NCBI RefSeq assembly: GCF_009914755.1
Contig: NC_060928.1
Strand: one strand, 5' to 3'
Length of the DNA: 64,000 bases
Origin: the human T2T-CHM13v2.0 reference genome, Homo sapiens
Shown piece by piece: positions 1 to 12,131 of the stretch (position 1 is the stretch's first letter; every line of letters starts with the position of its first letter). The notes under the pieces were generated by a model that did not search any database, was not told the origin of the DNA, and was given only the letters and a program-made list of their open reading frames with translations. A program made the position numbers and the translations under genes.

Positions 1-54
1 TCTCTATTGTAATTCAGAGGTGATGATGCCAGTGACCTTGGAAGATCATATTAT

Positions 55-270
55 AGGAATAAGAACAACTAGCATTTATGGAATGCTAACTTTGAGCCAG
101 GCATCATGTTAGGCACTTTACATGAACTATGTGTCTCATGTTGCTAGTCTACAGATAAGGAAACTGAGGCCTTGAGAGTATAGGTTATCTTGCCCAAGAC
201 CTCTCAACATGTGTGTGCAGAGCTGAGACTCCAAGCCAAGACTGATTCCACAACGCATGCCTTAAGCCAC
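55..270 (-). mobile_element. MIR SINE fragment
   Basis: ctacagataaggaaactgaggc...ttgcccaag MIR core; boundaries approximate. Confidence 0.7.
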
Positions 271-446
271 AATGATTTCTGCCTCCCTAATATACTAGGA
301 ACAATAGGCATGCTTCCATCCTCGAAGGACAAAAGGTCACTTCATAGAGAAGTATTGCTACAGAGATGGAGCTTAAAACTCTGGTGTTTGATGCCATAGA
401 CTCTTCAAATTCCTACTCTATATTCTGCATTCATTTTTACTATAAG

Positions 447-731
447 TATTATTATTGTTATTTGAGACAGAATCTCACTCTGTCACTCAGGCTGGAGTAC
501 AGTGGCACGATCTTGGCTCACTGCAACCTCTGCCTCCTGGGTTGTCTCAGCCTCCTGAGTAGCTGGGACTACAGGCACATGCCACCATACCCAGCTAATT
601 TTTGTATTTTTAGAAGAGACAGAGTTTCACTGTATTTGCCAGGCTGGTCTCGAACTCCTGACTGCAAGTGATCTGCCTGCCTTGGCCTCCCAAAGTGCTG
701 CAATTACATGTGTGAGCTGCAACACCTGGCC
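447..731 (-). mobile_element. Alu (AluS-like, small internal deletion)
   Basis: Reverse-complement Alu from tttgagacag to cctggcc. Confidence 0.9.
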
Positions 732-1006
732 TATTCTTAAGTATTTCTATCACACAGACACAGAAACACAGAGCTATACAACTCTGTATAGTAGTCACTT
801 TTCTTGCAGTCACTTATGAAAAGCGTAAAGCTTCGTAGACAACCAAGATCAACCCTCTTGTCTATTTAACATCTTTAACCTCTCATCACCTGTTTTTTTG
901 TGGAATCATAGCTTTGTACCCCTAAATGGGACAAAGAATGGCAGTTTAGGAAATCCTCACAGTACTCTTTTTGGGGTACCCATTTTAATACTGGATTTTC
1001 TTTATC

Positions 1007-1066
1007 CAACAAAAGAAAGAATGAGAGGTATAATATCAGCAAAAGAAAGAATGAGAAGAATAATAA
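1007..1066. repeat. 30-bp imperfect tandem duplication
   Basis: caaaagaaagaatgaga at 1010 and 1040. Confidence 0.85.
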
Positions 1067-1291
1067 AACGAGGTTGGTAGAAACCCATGGAAAATAAAAT
1101 TATTGAAGTCTCTGAATAATGCAAAACAAAAGGGCAACCTGCCACATCAGTTTGTGTTTTGTTTTGTTTTTAACCATGAAGATACTGACCGTGATTCTTT
1201 AGGATTGGATTCCTTTGGGATTAGAATGCTTCTGTGGAGTAAAAGACAACTTATAAGTGTAGTTGCCATCACTGGAACAAAATGGCATTGC

Positions 1292-1611
1292 TGATATACT
1301 GAACACTGTTATTGGAACCTCAGTGCCACCAAAAATCACTTACCCTTATTTGATAGGAAGTACCACCCTTTCTTTTTTCAGGGGTGGTACTCTCATCAGT
1401 TAATAAAATAAGGCATTATTTAATAAAATAAAATAATTTTTTAAAATGATAAATAATGTATTTTATTTATAATGCTGTATTTTATTTATAATGCTGTATT
1501 TTATTAATTGATGGAAGTACCACCCCTGAACAAGGAAGGGGTGGTACTTTCAATCAAATAACAGTGATATACTGAACACTGTTATTGGAACCTCAGTGCC
1601 ACCAAAAATCA
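1292..1611. repeat. Nested quasi-palindrome (1346-1561) flanked by identical 47-bp direct repeats
   Basis: Direct repeats 1292-1338 and 1565-1611; arms 1346-1410 and 1497-1561 are 57/65 complementary. Confidence 0.93.
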
Positions 1612-1779
1612 TTTTTAAAAAACTATTTTTGTCTTCCCTTCTCTTCTGTCCTGGAAGACAATCCATCAGTTACATTCTCTTGAAGCCTGAGGTGGTGGTG
1701 GAGAGGGACAGGACTTAAATGGGACAGAAAATGAAGGGAAGATAGAAGAGAAGGGAAGACAAGAATCATTTTTTAAAAA
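1612..1779. repeat. 39-bp inverted repeat with 90-nt spacer
   Basis: 1612-1650 versus 1741-1779, 35/39 complementary. Confidence 0.88.
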
Positions 1780-2115
1780 GCAATCACGTTTATTGAGGTA
1801 TAATTTGCATTCAATAAAATCCTCCATTTTGAAGTGTGTTGTTCTATAAATTTTAATAACTGTATACAGTTTCGCAGTCTTGTGACCACAACCACAGTCA
1901 ATATGTAAAATAGTTCCGTAACCCCAAAAGTCTTTTTATAGTTGCTCCTTTACCCCTAGTCACTGGTGACCACTGATCCATTTTTACTGCTGAGTTTTGT
2001 GCTTTTTAAAATGTTAGGTGAATGGAATCAAACAATATGTAGCCTTTTGTTTCTGTCTTTTGCCATAATGCTTTTCAGATCCATCCACATTCTTTCATGT
2101 ATAAATAGTAGTTCC
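1775..2115 (-). mobile_element. Old L1M 3' fragment
   Basis: tttattgaggtataattt...aatggaatca...ccatccacatt typical of antisense L1M 3' ends. Confidence 0.7.
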
Positions 2116-2312
2116 AAGAATAACTTCTAAAGAACTTTTAAAACAATGGTCCCTCTAGTAGACTAGAATTCAAAAATCCCCATAATGCAGTAGTCCTATA
2201 TCTTACCAGTCAGCAGCGAGTTCTGTGCTTGGTTTGGCATTGAAGGTGGGTAAGTCTTACCTTCCCTCCTAGCAGTCTCTGAAGCTGCTTGAACAACGGC
2301 TTATTTTATTAC

Positions 2313-2680
2313 TAATTGGGACTTTTTGGTTGCAAGTAATGGAAGTAAACTTGAAGTAGATTAGCAAAAATGTAAGACTTGTTATAACATTGCAGGGGTG
2401 GCTCAGATCTCAAAGGCACCAAGGGCAATTGTGCTCCAGGACAGTCTGGAAGCAAGGACTGGGAAGGGGAAGCAGGAATCAATTCTTCTCTCATCCCTGT
2501 GTCTCTTTGCTTATATTTGCTTATAGGCTTCATTCATTTCTCTATTACACTCAGGCTTGTTCTACATAATAGACTCTGGTTGTCCTGTAGTCAGATGCTG
2601 AGACTGACTGCTGGCTCTCGGGCCAGTTGCAAATCGCCAGGGAAGAATCAGCCATCCTTCCCTAGTCTGTCCACAATGAC
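2313..2680. mobile_element. Probable old MLT1 (MaLR) LTR fragment
   Basis: ttggttgcaagtaatggaa start resembles late MLT1 termini; extent uncertain. Confidence 0.45.
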
Positions 2681-3195
2681 TATGAGTAGGCTGGTGGGGA
2701 GTGAGGGGAGATGAACAGCCGTGTAATACAGACATTGCAAATGTTGTTACTAGGGGCCCACTCACATGAATTGGGCAGGAGTTAGGAAGAGCATTTGTTG
2801 GGAAGAGGGAATCGTGGAGAACTGGTCAGAGACTATAAAAGATTCCTTTCAATTCTTCAATTTAACCATTAGCCTACAATATATTACTAATCTGCCTTGG
2901 CCTGACAACTAATTTTTCACCCTTTATTCAGTTTAGAAAGATAGGAAACAAAATGTTTACATAATTATTATTATTGTTATAAGGAGATTTAAGAACACAC
3001 AGTATTTTTACCTGAATCTTACTATGTTCATCTTTATCTGGTAGTTTTTTCTTTATAGTATGAGTGTGACATTACTGCAGCAGTTTGATCCAAATTCTTA
3101 CCTACACATAACCTGAAAATGTTTTTAAGCCTTTTCTGTGTAAAGTCTAATGTAATGATTGTATTTTCTTATTCCTTTCTTTGGGACTTCTTTAG

Positions 3196-3280
3196 GAAAG
3201 GTTACCTTTTCCTGAAAATTAGTGACCAGCAGTTCTTCTCTGAGCCACAGCTGATCAACATACAAGCATTTTCAACACAG
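3196..3280 (+). CDS. FRAS1: FRAS1 coding exon (85 nt, phase 2->0): (R)KGYLFLKISDQQFFSEPQLINIQAFSTQ
   Basis: Acceptor ttctttag|G, donor CAG|gtaata; joins in frame to APYVLRNE at 6499. Confidence 0.93.
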
Positions 3281-3469
3281 GTAATAAAAATGGCCACGTA
3301 ATTAATAATTTTACATGACTACTAGTTCTCAAGCACGAAATCTAGGTTTCCTGTGGATTTAATGAAAATTATTGCATTAAATTAATCTAGTCTTGGTTTC
3401 CTCTTGAGATGCCACTGGAGTAATTTTTAGGACTTCTGGGTAATAACAACAGCAGCAACCAAAATTACT

Positions 3470-3690
3470 AATACTTCTCTAGTACTTAGTGTTATAGTCT
3501 TAGTGTTTCACGTAAGTAACTCAGTTAATCCTTATGCCAATATTATGAGGTATTATTGTCTCCAATTTACAGACAAGGAAACAAAGTCACAAGAAGGCGA
3601 CATAACATGTCTGTGGTAATATAGCTAATAAATAGGGAGTCAATGTTTGTGCCCAGTAAATCTGGCTACAGAGGCGGTGTTCTTAACCGT
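3470..3690 (-). mobile_element. MIR SINE
   Basis: ccaatttacagacaaggaaac core. Confidence 0.65.
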
Positions 3691-3729
3691 TATATTATGA
3701 CGCATAACTTTACTATACTAAATCTGCTA

Positions 3730-4053
<324 letters not shown>

Positions 4054-4727
4054 GACTGTCTTTATCTTTAGGTAAAGGAGTTTGTTTTATCTCTCTCTAG
4101 TATGTGGAATTTGCAGCAGTTAGAGAATATTATTAAGGATCTACTTAAATGAGGCTCTAGTGTGCCAGTGTGGCCATCAACAAAACACAGACATAAGGAA
4201 GTCATGGTAGATGCTATAAAGCTCAGTGTGATGGCCCTTCAAACTCACCTCTCATCATTCATCTCCATCAAGTTGTACTTACGGGTCCAGAATACATATA
4301 GTTGTAGCTGCTCTAGAAACTGGGCTTGAGGGATTGAAGAGCCGAAATGTATGAAGAATAGGGAAATAGGTATATTCATATGTTATGAAAAGCAAGAGAG
4401 TGGAATATTCTCCTGGGGAACCAAGACTAGCTAAATATCCAGATCTCAGTATCATGTTATTCATGATTCAAGGAAGGACACTAGATGATTGTTTTTCATC
4501 TGATGTTTTTATATCTTTGGTCCAAAAATGAAAGGATCATGGATAACAACATAGACTTGAACCAGTGGTGGCTGCAAAATGGTATTAATAGCCCAGTTCA
4601 CCTCTTCTTGATGGTATTATCACATCAGGGATAAATTGGAGTTTAATGATTTGAAAATGATCCTAAGTTAATTTGATCTCATGGGTGGGCAAAATATATA
4701 AATTTTGTTTTAATTAAAACTAAAACA

Positions 4728-5081
<354 letters not shown>

Positions 5082-6498
5082 TTACTGGTTTAGATGTTTC
5101 TCAGTCCTTACACTCAGAAACTTTGTTTCGTTCTTTTTGTTTGAGCTAATAAAGTTACTCCAGTGAAAGATCAAAGGTAGATATTGGCAAGTCTTCCTAA
5201 TCTGACATGGTGAGTTCCCATGGTTCCCCAAGTGTGGCTTGTGTGTTTTTCCACAATCAAGTGAGTAAATAAGGAGAACATTTAATTTTATTTATTATAT
5301 GAGAAACTTTTATCATTTTAAGTCTTTAAAATGGAATTTTAGAAAATCATTTTAACTTATTTTCATTCCTTTAAATTTCTGTGACATTGCAATATGGTCT
5401 TGAGCCTCTCTGAAATTTTCTCATGCAAGTTAATTTCGTCTTTTCCATTTGTGAATTTTGACATCATCTTTGACTTTTCCTCTTTCAGAGTAGGAGGGGT
5501 CACTCTTTCCCATGTATAGAATCACAGCTGTAGAATTCTCACTTGAGAATTCTAAAGACTAACTATCATCTAATTTCCCACTATGTAACTATTATAGTGA
5601 TGTATTAGACATTCCTTTAATAGAGATTGTAATTTCCAGGAGGCCAGGAGGGTGCTTGGGTAGTTTTAAAAGAAAGCCATTTGGATTAAAGAAAGCAGTG
5701 TGTTGAGAAAAGTCCTAGATGGTTCCACTTCAAATGATATTTTTTTAAAAACTGAAATAATATTTTCTTTGGCTTCTGGCCTCAATTTTTTTGGGTGAGT
5801 TTTTTTTCTGTTGTGGTTCATTAGCTTTTATCTTTATGAAATAACATTTTATTTGCTTACTCAACTTGGTGGGAGGTAACCTGACAATCCTAAGAAAAAG
5901 ATATTAAATTTTACTATAATATATTAGCCTTGTCACATGAATTAGCCAGGTGGTTGCCTTACTCACCTAGACCATAATCTTGGCACACTTTATAACCTGA
6001 GTTGGGGTGGGGCTCTGTCAAGATTTGGATGAGAAAACTGAAGAAAATTACTGGGAGGGACTAGAAACAGCATGAGCTCAGGATGCAAAAGTAGCTTCCT
6101 CAGAGTCAGTATACCACAACATGGCCTGGAGTGAAGTGTGTCCTCCCAAAGGCAAGTCCAAAAATTTCATACCTCTTATTAGTCTCTTTTGGGATAAATT
6201 TAAGTCAGGATAGCAGAGAAATTAGAGATTTAGAAGCTAGCAGCTCTCACCAGTTGTCTCTCAAGTCTTGAAGTAGCTTGATAAACCTCTAGAACCCAGA
6301 GGTGTGAAGTAACCTTAGTTGTTGTGTTCCTGTGAGTGACCACACCTCTGACGAATGTGTTCACCATAGAACAGTTTGGTGCTTTGCTAGAACACTTAGA
6401 GTTTCTCAAAAAGTATAGGAATAACAATCAGGTATCTAGTCCACTGGATTGTCCTTTCTTTCCCTCTTAACTGACTCTTCTTCCCTTCAACTCCACAG

Positions 6499-6825
6499 GC
6501 CCCCTATGTGCTGAGAAATGAAGTTCTCCACATTAGCAGAGGAGAGAGGGCAACCATCACCACCCAGATGCTTGACATCCGAGATGATGACAACCCACAG
6601 GATGTGGTCATTGAAATAATCGATCCTCCACTTCATGGCCAATTGCTTCAGACACTTCAGTCCCCGGCAACCCCTATCTATCAATTCCAGCTGGATGAAC
6701 TCTCTAGAGGCCTTCTCCACTATGCTCATGATGGTTCAGACAGCACATCCGATGTTGCAGTCTTGCAGGCCAATGATGGACACTCCTTCCATAATATACT
6801 GTTCCAAGTGAAGACCGTGCCTCAG
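6499..6825 (+). CDS. FRAS1: FRAS1 coding exon (327 nt, phase 0->0): APYVLRNEV...FQVKTVPQ, CSPG repeat
   Basis: Pyrimidine tract + ccacag|GCC, donor CAG|gtaggt; CSPG motifs PPLHGQL, FQLDELSRG, YAHDGS. Confidence 0.97.
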
Positions 6826-7167
6826 GTAGGTGTCATTCCTAGAGTTACAGTTTCTTTGCACCTAGATGTGAACTTCTACGGTTGATATTATTTTATGATA
6901 CTCACAAAGTTAAGATATGGGTAGTCATTCACTTATTCAAATATAACCTATTATATAGAGGGCACTATATATCTAGTTAGGAGCACCCTTGATCTGAAAG
7001 ACCTGTCCCCATGTTCTCTACAAATTGGGACACTTTTGAACCTTTTTTGTTGAGGTACTGCCATAAGAACGTGTTATTATCCACTAATCCTTTTGTCTCC
7101 TGCCTGAGCATAACCATAAGAATCAAGATATTTCTGTTTTTATCTGCCCCTCAAAAACAGCTCATGA

Positions 7168-7501
<334 letters not shown>

Positions 7502-7639
7502 TCATAGTCAGATAATCTGAATGACTCAAAAACGTTGAGTTCAGCCATTCTGTTAGCTCAACTAAAGTAGGATGAGCAAACTCTTTTGGTAATCCTAGGG
7601 ATCTTTGCCCTAGGGAGTAGGAGCCAATAAAGAGCATTG

Positions 7640-7947
7640 GGCCAGGTGCAGTGGCTCATGCCTGTAATCTCAGCACTTTGGGAGGTTGAGGTAAGGGGAT
7701 CACTTGAGCTCAGGAGTTTGAGACCAGCGTGAGCAACGTGGAGAAATCTTGTCTCTACTAAAGTTTTTTTTTTTTTTTAAATTAGCTGGGTGCAATGGCA
7801 TGCACCTATAGTCTCCACTACTCAGAAGGCTGAGGTGGGAGGATCACTTTAACCCAGAAGTTCCAGGTTGCAGTGAGCCATGATCACACTACTGTACTCC
7901 AGCGTGGATGACAGAGCAAGGCCCTATCTCTAAATAAATAAATAAAT
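7640..7947 (+). mobile_element. AluJ-like with (TAAA)n tail
   Basis: Dimeric Alu; middle linker is T-rich; flanking agcatt. Confidence 0.88.
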
Positions 7948-9399
7948 AGCATTTTTGCTCAGCCTGAGTCATTGACATGCCACCTTTTTATGTTTTCGCC
8001 ATATCCACAAGCACCTGTACTATTATTTACTTAATATTTTTCTTTGTATCAACTTACTTTTTATTGTAGCCTCATCTTAATAAATAATACTTATGAAATC
8101 ATGGGCTTAATGTAGAATTATACTTTTTTTCTAAAATATGAAAAATAATACATAACCATTCTACAACATTTTGTCCATATGCTACTGAAAATGTTCTTGG
8201 ACACTGCAAATGAGATGGCTCTCACACTTTAGGAAATACTAGGCTGAGCCATTGCTAGACCAAAGGGACACGAAAAACATTTTCAAAACTAGTTGATGTT
8301 TCACTGGATGCCCTTTACTCAGTTGCATCAAGAATGGCTCTTTCTCATGGTAGTAGATTGGGAAACATAAATCTTAAACAACCTTTTATTTCAAATATCA
8401 CTGCCTACTGAGGTGTCATTAATGACTAGCTAGAGAGACTGGTTTGTTGAGGACAGTTTAAAACCACTTGTCACTTTCTCATCAGTGATCACTCAAAATT
8501 TGCGATTGATCCGATTGAGCCTCATGAAGGTGAACAGCTGAATCTAATATGATCTGCTAGGTAATTTCTCAGTTTCCTGTCTCGTTATTTTCAGCTGCTG
8601 AAAGCAGTGAAGGTGGCATAGGAGAGATGGGAGTGAGTGAAAGCTGATGATGAGATGGAGTTGGCAGATAGCCACCTTGCAACTCATCCTAATTATCACT
8701 CTTGCGATGGCCCTGGGAGATGAGGTTTAGTTCTGGACAGATGAAGTCTAGACAGAGAGAAGTTTTTGTTTCTTCGTTCTTGGTTTCTTTCTAAAGGTTG
8801 TTAGAGGATTTCAGTGCCACCCTAGCAGCTGCCTTTCCTATTGTGGCTTCCATCTCCACGTTTGGAGCTCAGTTCAGTGTGTTGCACAACCATTTTGTGT
8901 GGAATGGCCCAAGATGGAAGGACATTTCTAGGGTTTTAGCTGCTTTGACTACCAGAACAAAACCAAGAAAAATGGAAATTTAATTCATAAATAAAGCACA
9001 AGACACAGAGTTTTGGGATCCTTGTGACTTGTGAGTCATGTAGGTATTTTCTATGTCTGTCTGTGATACCTGAAAAGTGAATTTAAGTTGTGCTCTGGGC
9101 CCCTTTTCATCCCTCTCTCCTGTATTGCTGTGATTACCTGCCCATGGATTGGAATAATGAAACCCATGACCAGAGCCTCAGCATTCATCAGGATGTACTA
9201 ATAATACATCTGACTGCAATACTGGCAACATTATACAAATGTGTACTATTTTTCCTCTTAGGAATTCAAAATATTTTTTCCTTATATCTCTTTTACTGAT
9301 CTTTACAATGTCTTGGGGAAGAAGGTTAGAGTAGAGGCTATGGGACCTTAATTTTTCTAATGGAGATTCTATTATGGGTGGAAGTTTTTTGTTTTGTTT

Positions 9400-9600
9400 T
9401 TGATGTTAGGCACTAAAGCTTGATGGGAATTATTCCATTTGATCTTCATGATCACTCTGTGATGTTTGTACAGTTATTATCCATAATTTTCCAAAAGAGG
9501 AAACTGAAGCACAAAGAGGTTCAAAAACATTCATTTTCATAAAGATACTTAGTGCTGGAGCTATGATTTCATCTCAAGTGTGTCTGCCTCCTACATTTAA
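9400..9600 (-). mobile_element. MIR SINE
   Basis: gaggaaactgaagcacaaagaggtt core. Confidence 0.65.
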
Positions 9601-12131
9601 CCATGAGACTCTTTTCATTCCAGCTAGTGTTTTTCAGTGTGTTGGTCATATATATTCTTATCCCCTTGATGGATAGAATAAAGACAGTAATTTAGTCATT
9701 TTCTCAATGTTCTATCCAAGCTGGGCCCCAAGCCTTCTGTAATCTTTCCTCTGAACTCACTGTATCTTGTTACAAGTGAGAGTATTTATAATCATTAAGT
9801 CTTCCAGGCCCAAGAAGAAAAAAATGCCTCAACTCTTATGGCTTCTTGTAGATGCATTGTCAGACATGACTGATTCATTCTAACAGCCATTAGTGAAGAT
9901 GGGCATGTAAGTTCTTACCCTGTGGCTACCTAGTTATTAAACCTGGAGTGAGCTGATAGTTTAAATGGAATGGCCAAGTGGCTTGTGTTTAATTCCTAGT
10001 GAATGAATGTACGAATTACTCCTGATATTCAACAGAAAACACAACCTGTCAAGGTAACTAGGGAGGGATAGAAAAAGGAAGCTTTGTGTGAACAGGGACT
10101 ATTCCAGTCTTACTCCCCTGAGCAGAGCACATCGTAGGAGTTCAGTACCTTTTTTGGTTTTTTTTGGATGGATGGGTAATGGATGGATGCAATGGCTTGA
10201 GTGAGGCTGGTGCCTGTGTTCCTGCCTTCCAATTCATCTCTTGCATCAGATGAGAAGCCCTTGGGGCACCTCTGTGATAGCCCACCTGGGAATGGGTAGA
10301 GGAGCTGTCAGTTCAACCCTTGTTTTCCAAGTTCTACATCACTTCCCCCAAACTTAAGTTTTTATCTTTGGCCTGATAGTGAATAAACTTGACTGCCACC
10401 TCCAGCCTTATACTGAGTTGCTGAGGAGAAAATATAACCAGGACTGATGTTGAAACATGTTCTGTTGGGGGAAGGAGGCAAAAGAATTAAAACAGATTAA
10501 AAGGTAATAAAGAATGCGTTGCTGAACAGGCTTTCATTAATTGGGGGGATTACTAAACCCAAGCCTGCTGCAGATATGATTCTAAAGCAATTTGACATTT
10601 AATGAGGGCTAAAATGTGGACAGGGGAAAATCATACTTACTGGTGGGCTTCTGTCTACTACTGGGGTTTCAAGGAATTGTCTTCTTTTTCATTAATTAAG
10701 ATACCTCTGGAAATCATGCCTTTTTTTTCCACTCTGGCAATACATCTGATGATCTTTCTGAACTTCTTTGTTACTCTTTGAGCAGTATTTTCTGCAACTG
10801 GGTAATCCTTTAATGTCAAAAGTCCCCAAGTGTCATGCTAGGAACTGGATGGAAAATTCTATTGCTGAGAGTCCTCTCTGGCTGTTTATCTGTAGTAAGG
10901 CCTGTGTACAGATAAATAGCCCTGTGGTGTTTTCCCTCAATTTCATTAATGCCTACCTCTCATTGGTTGTCTTTCAGGGACACAGTTGGTTTGATAATAG
11001 TGACATTTATGAGAGTTACAAATATCAATGGCATAAAATGTCTATTTCTTATGAGTAAGAGCCTATATCATAAATAACTAAATCCTTGCCATATATGAGG
11101 GTTTCACCTTTTGGGGGGGTTTGATTAGCTTGTTCAATTCAGTATCTCATAAGGTGCATAATCAGAAAATGTTTCCTTAAATATACATATACTGGTTGAA
11201 ATCTACATGGAGCAAGGGTTCTATATTCTTGACCTGAAAGCAAGCTTCTGGGGCTCATATACACATTGACAAACACAGAAACAGTCCAATTATCTTTCCT
11301 GCTTTCTTTATGCTGGTAAATTTCACCACACCACCCCACATGATTTTTTCCACAGTGTCCTATGAGATTAAATTTTAATAGCTATGATATAAATGAGATC
11401 TTGCAAATTAAGGTATATTTTTACAGAACAAGTAAAATTATAAGGTCACTGTTACATTCAACATTAGTCATTTTCTATTTAGTGAGGTTTAAAACTTTTA
11501 TCTTGAATATTTTGGCCTGGGGTTAGAGTACATTATCATTTCAGCTAACGTTTCTTCATTTATGACTCAACCTTTAATTTTGGGGGGAAGTTTTCATTGT
11601 GTTTGTGAGATTTTTTTTCTCCAAAAGATGGAGGCTTATGGCATTATTTCTGGTTTGTAACATTAATATTTTTATTTGTAATATGATATGGAATGGCTAA
11701 GCTTTATTACCATTTCTGCATGCCTATTGTTCTATGAAATGAATTAGAAGAACTATTTAATTTAAAGCGCTGTTTTAATCATGCCCCCAGTTTTACTTTT
11801 TGGGATTTTATTGCCTGCTAATGTGGTCCTCTGGAGGATCTATAAAACATTACTGGGCATTCAGTTGGTAATATAACTAATTTCTTGAACTGGCAGGGAT
11901 ATATACATCATGTACAGAAAAAAAAATATGAGGAGATAAAAAAATTCAAAATGTCAGAACCATTGGGGAAATTAGGTTAAAATTAGGCTTTTTGGACACC
12001 TTAAATGTAGAAAAGATGATATATACCCTTCTATCCATCTCTTCTTGAATCTTCCCTGGATCCTCTCCAAAAGAAAACAATAAGAAACAAACATGTTCAT
12101 CATGATGAGTGGGAAGATTCATGCTTCTTCC

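Noticed and set aside
1292-1611. Repeat-spacer-repeat resembling a CRISPR unit
   Set aside because: Human intron, only two repeats, 226-bp palindromic spacer, no cas genes.
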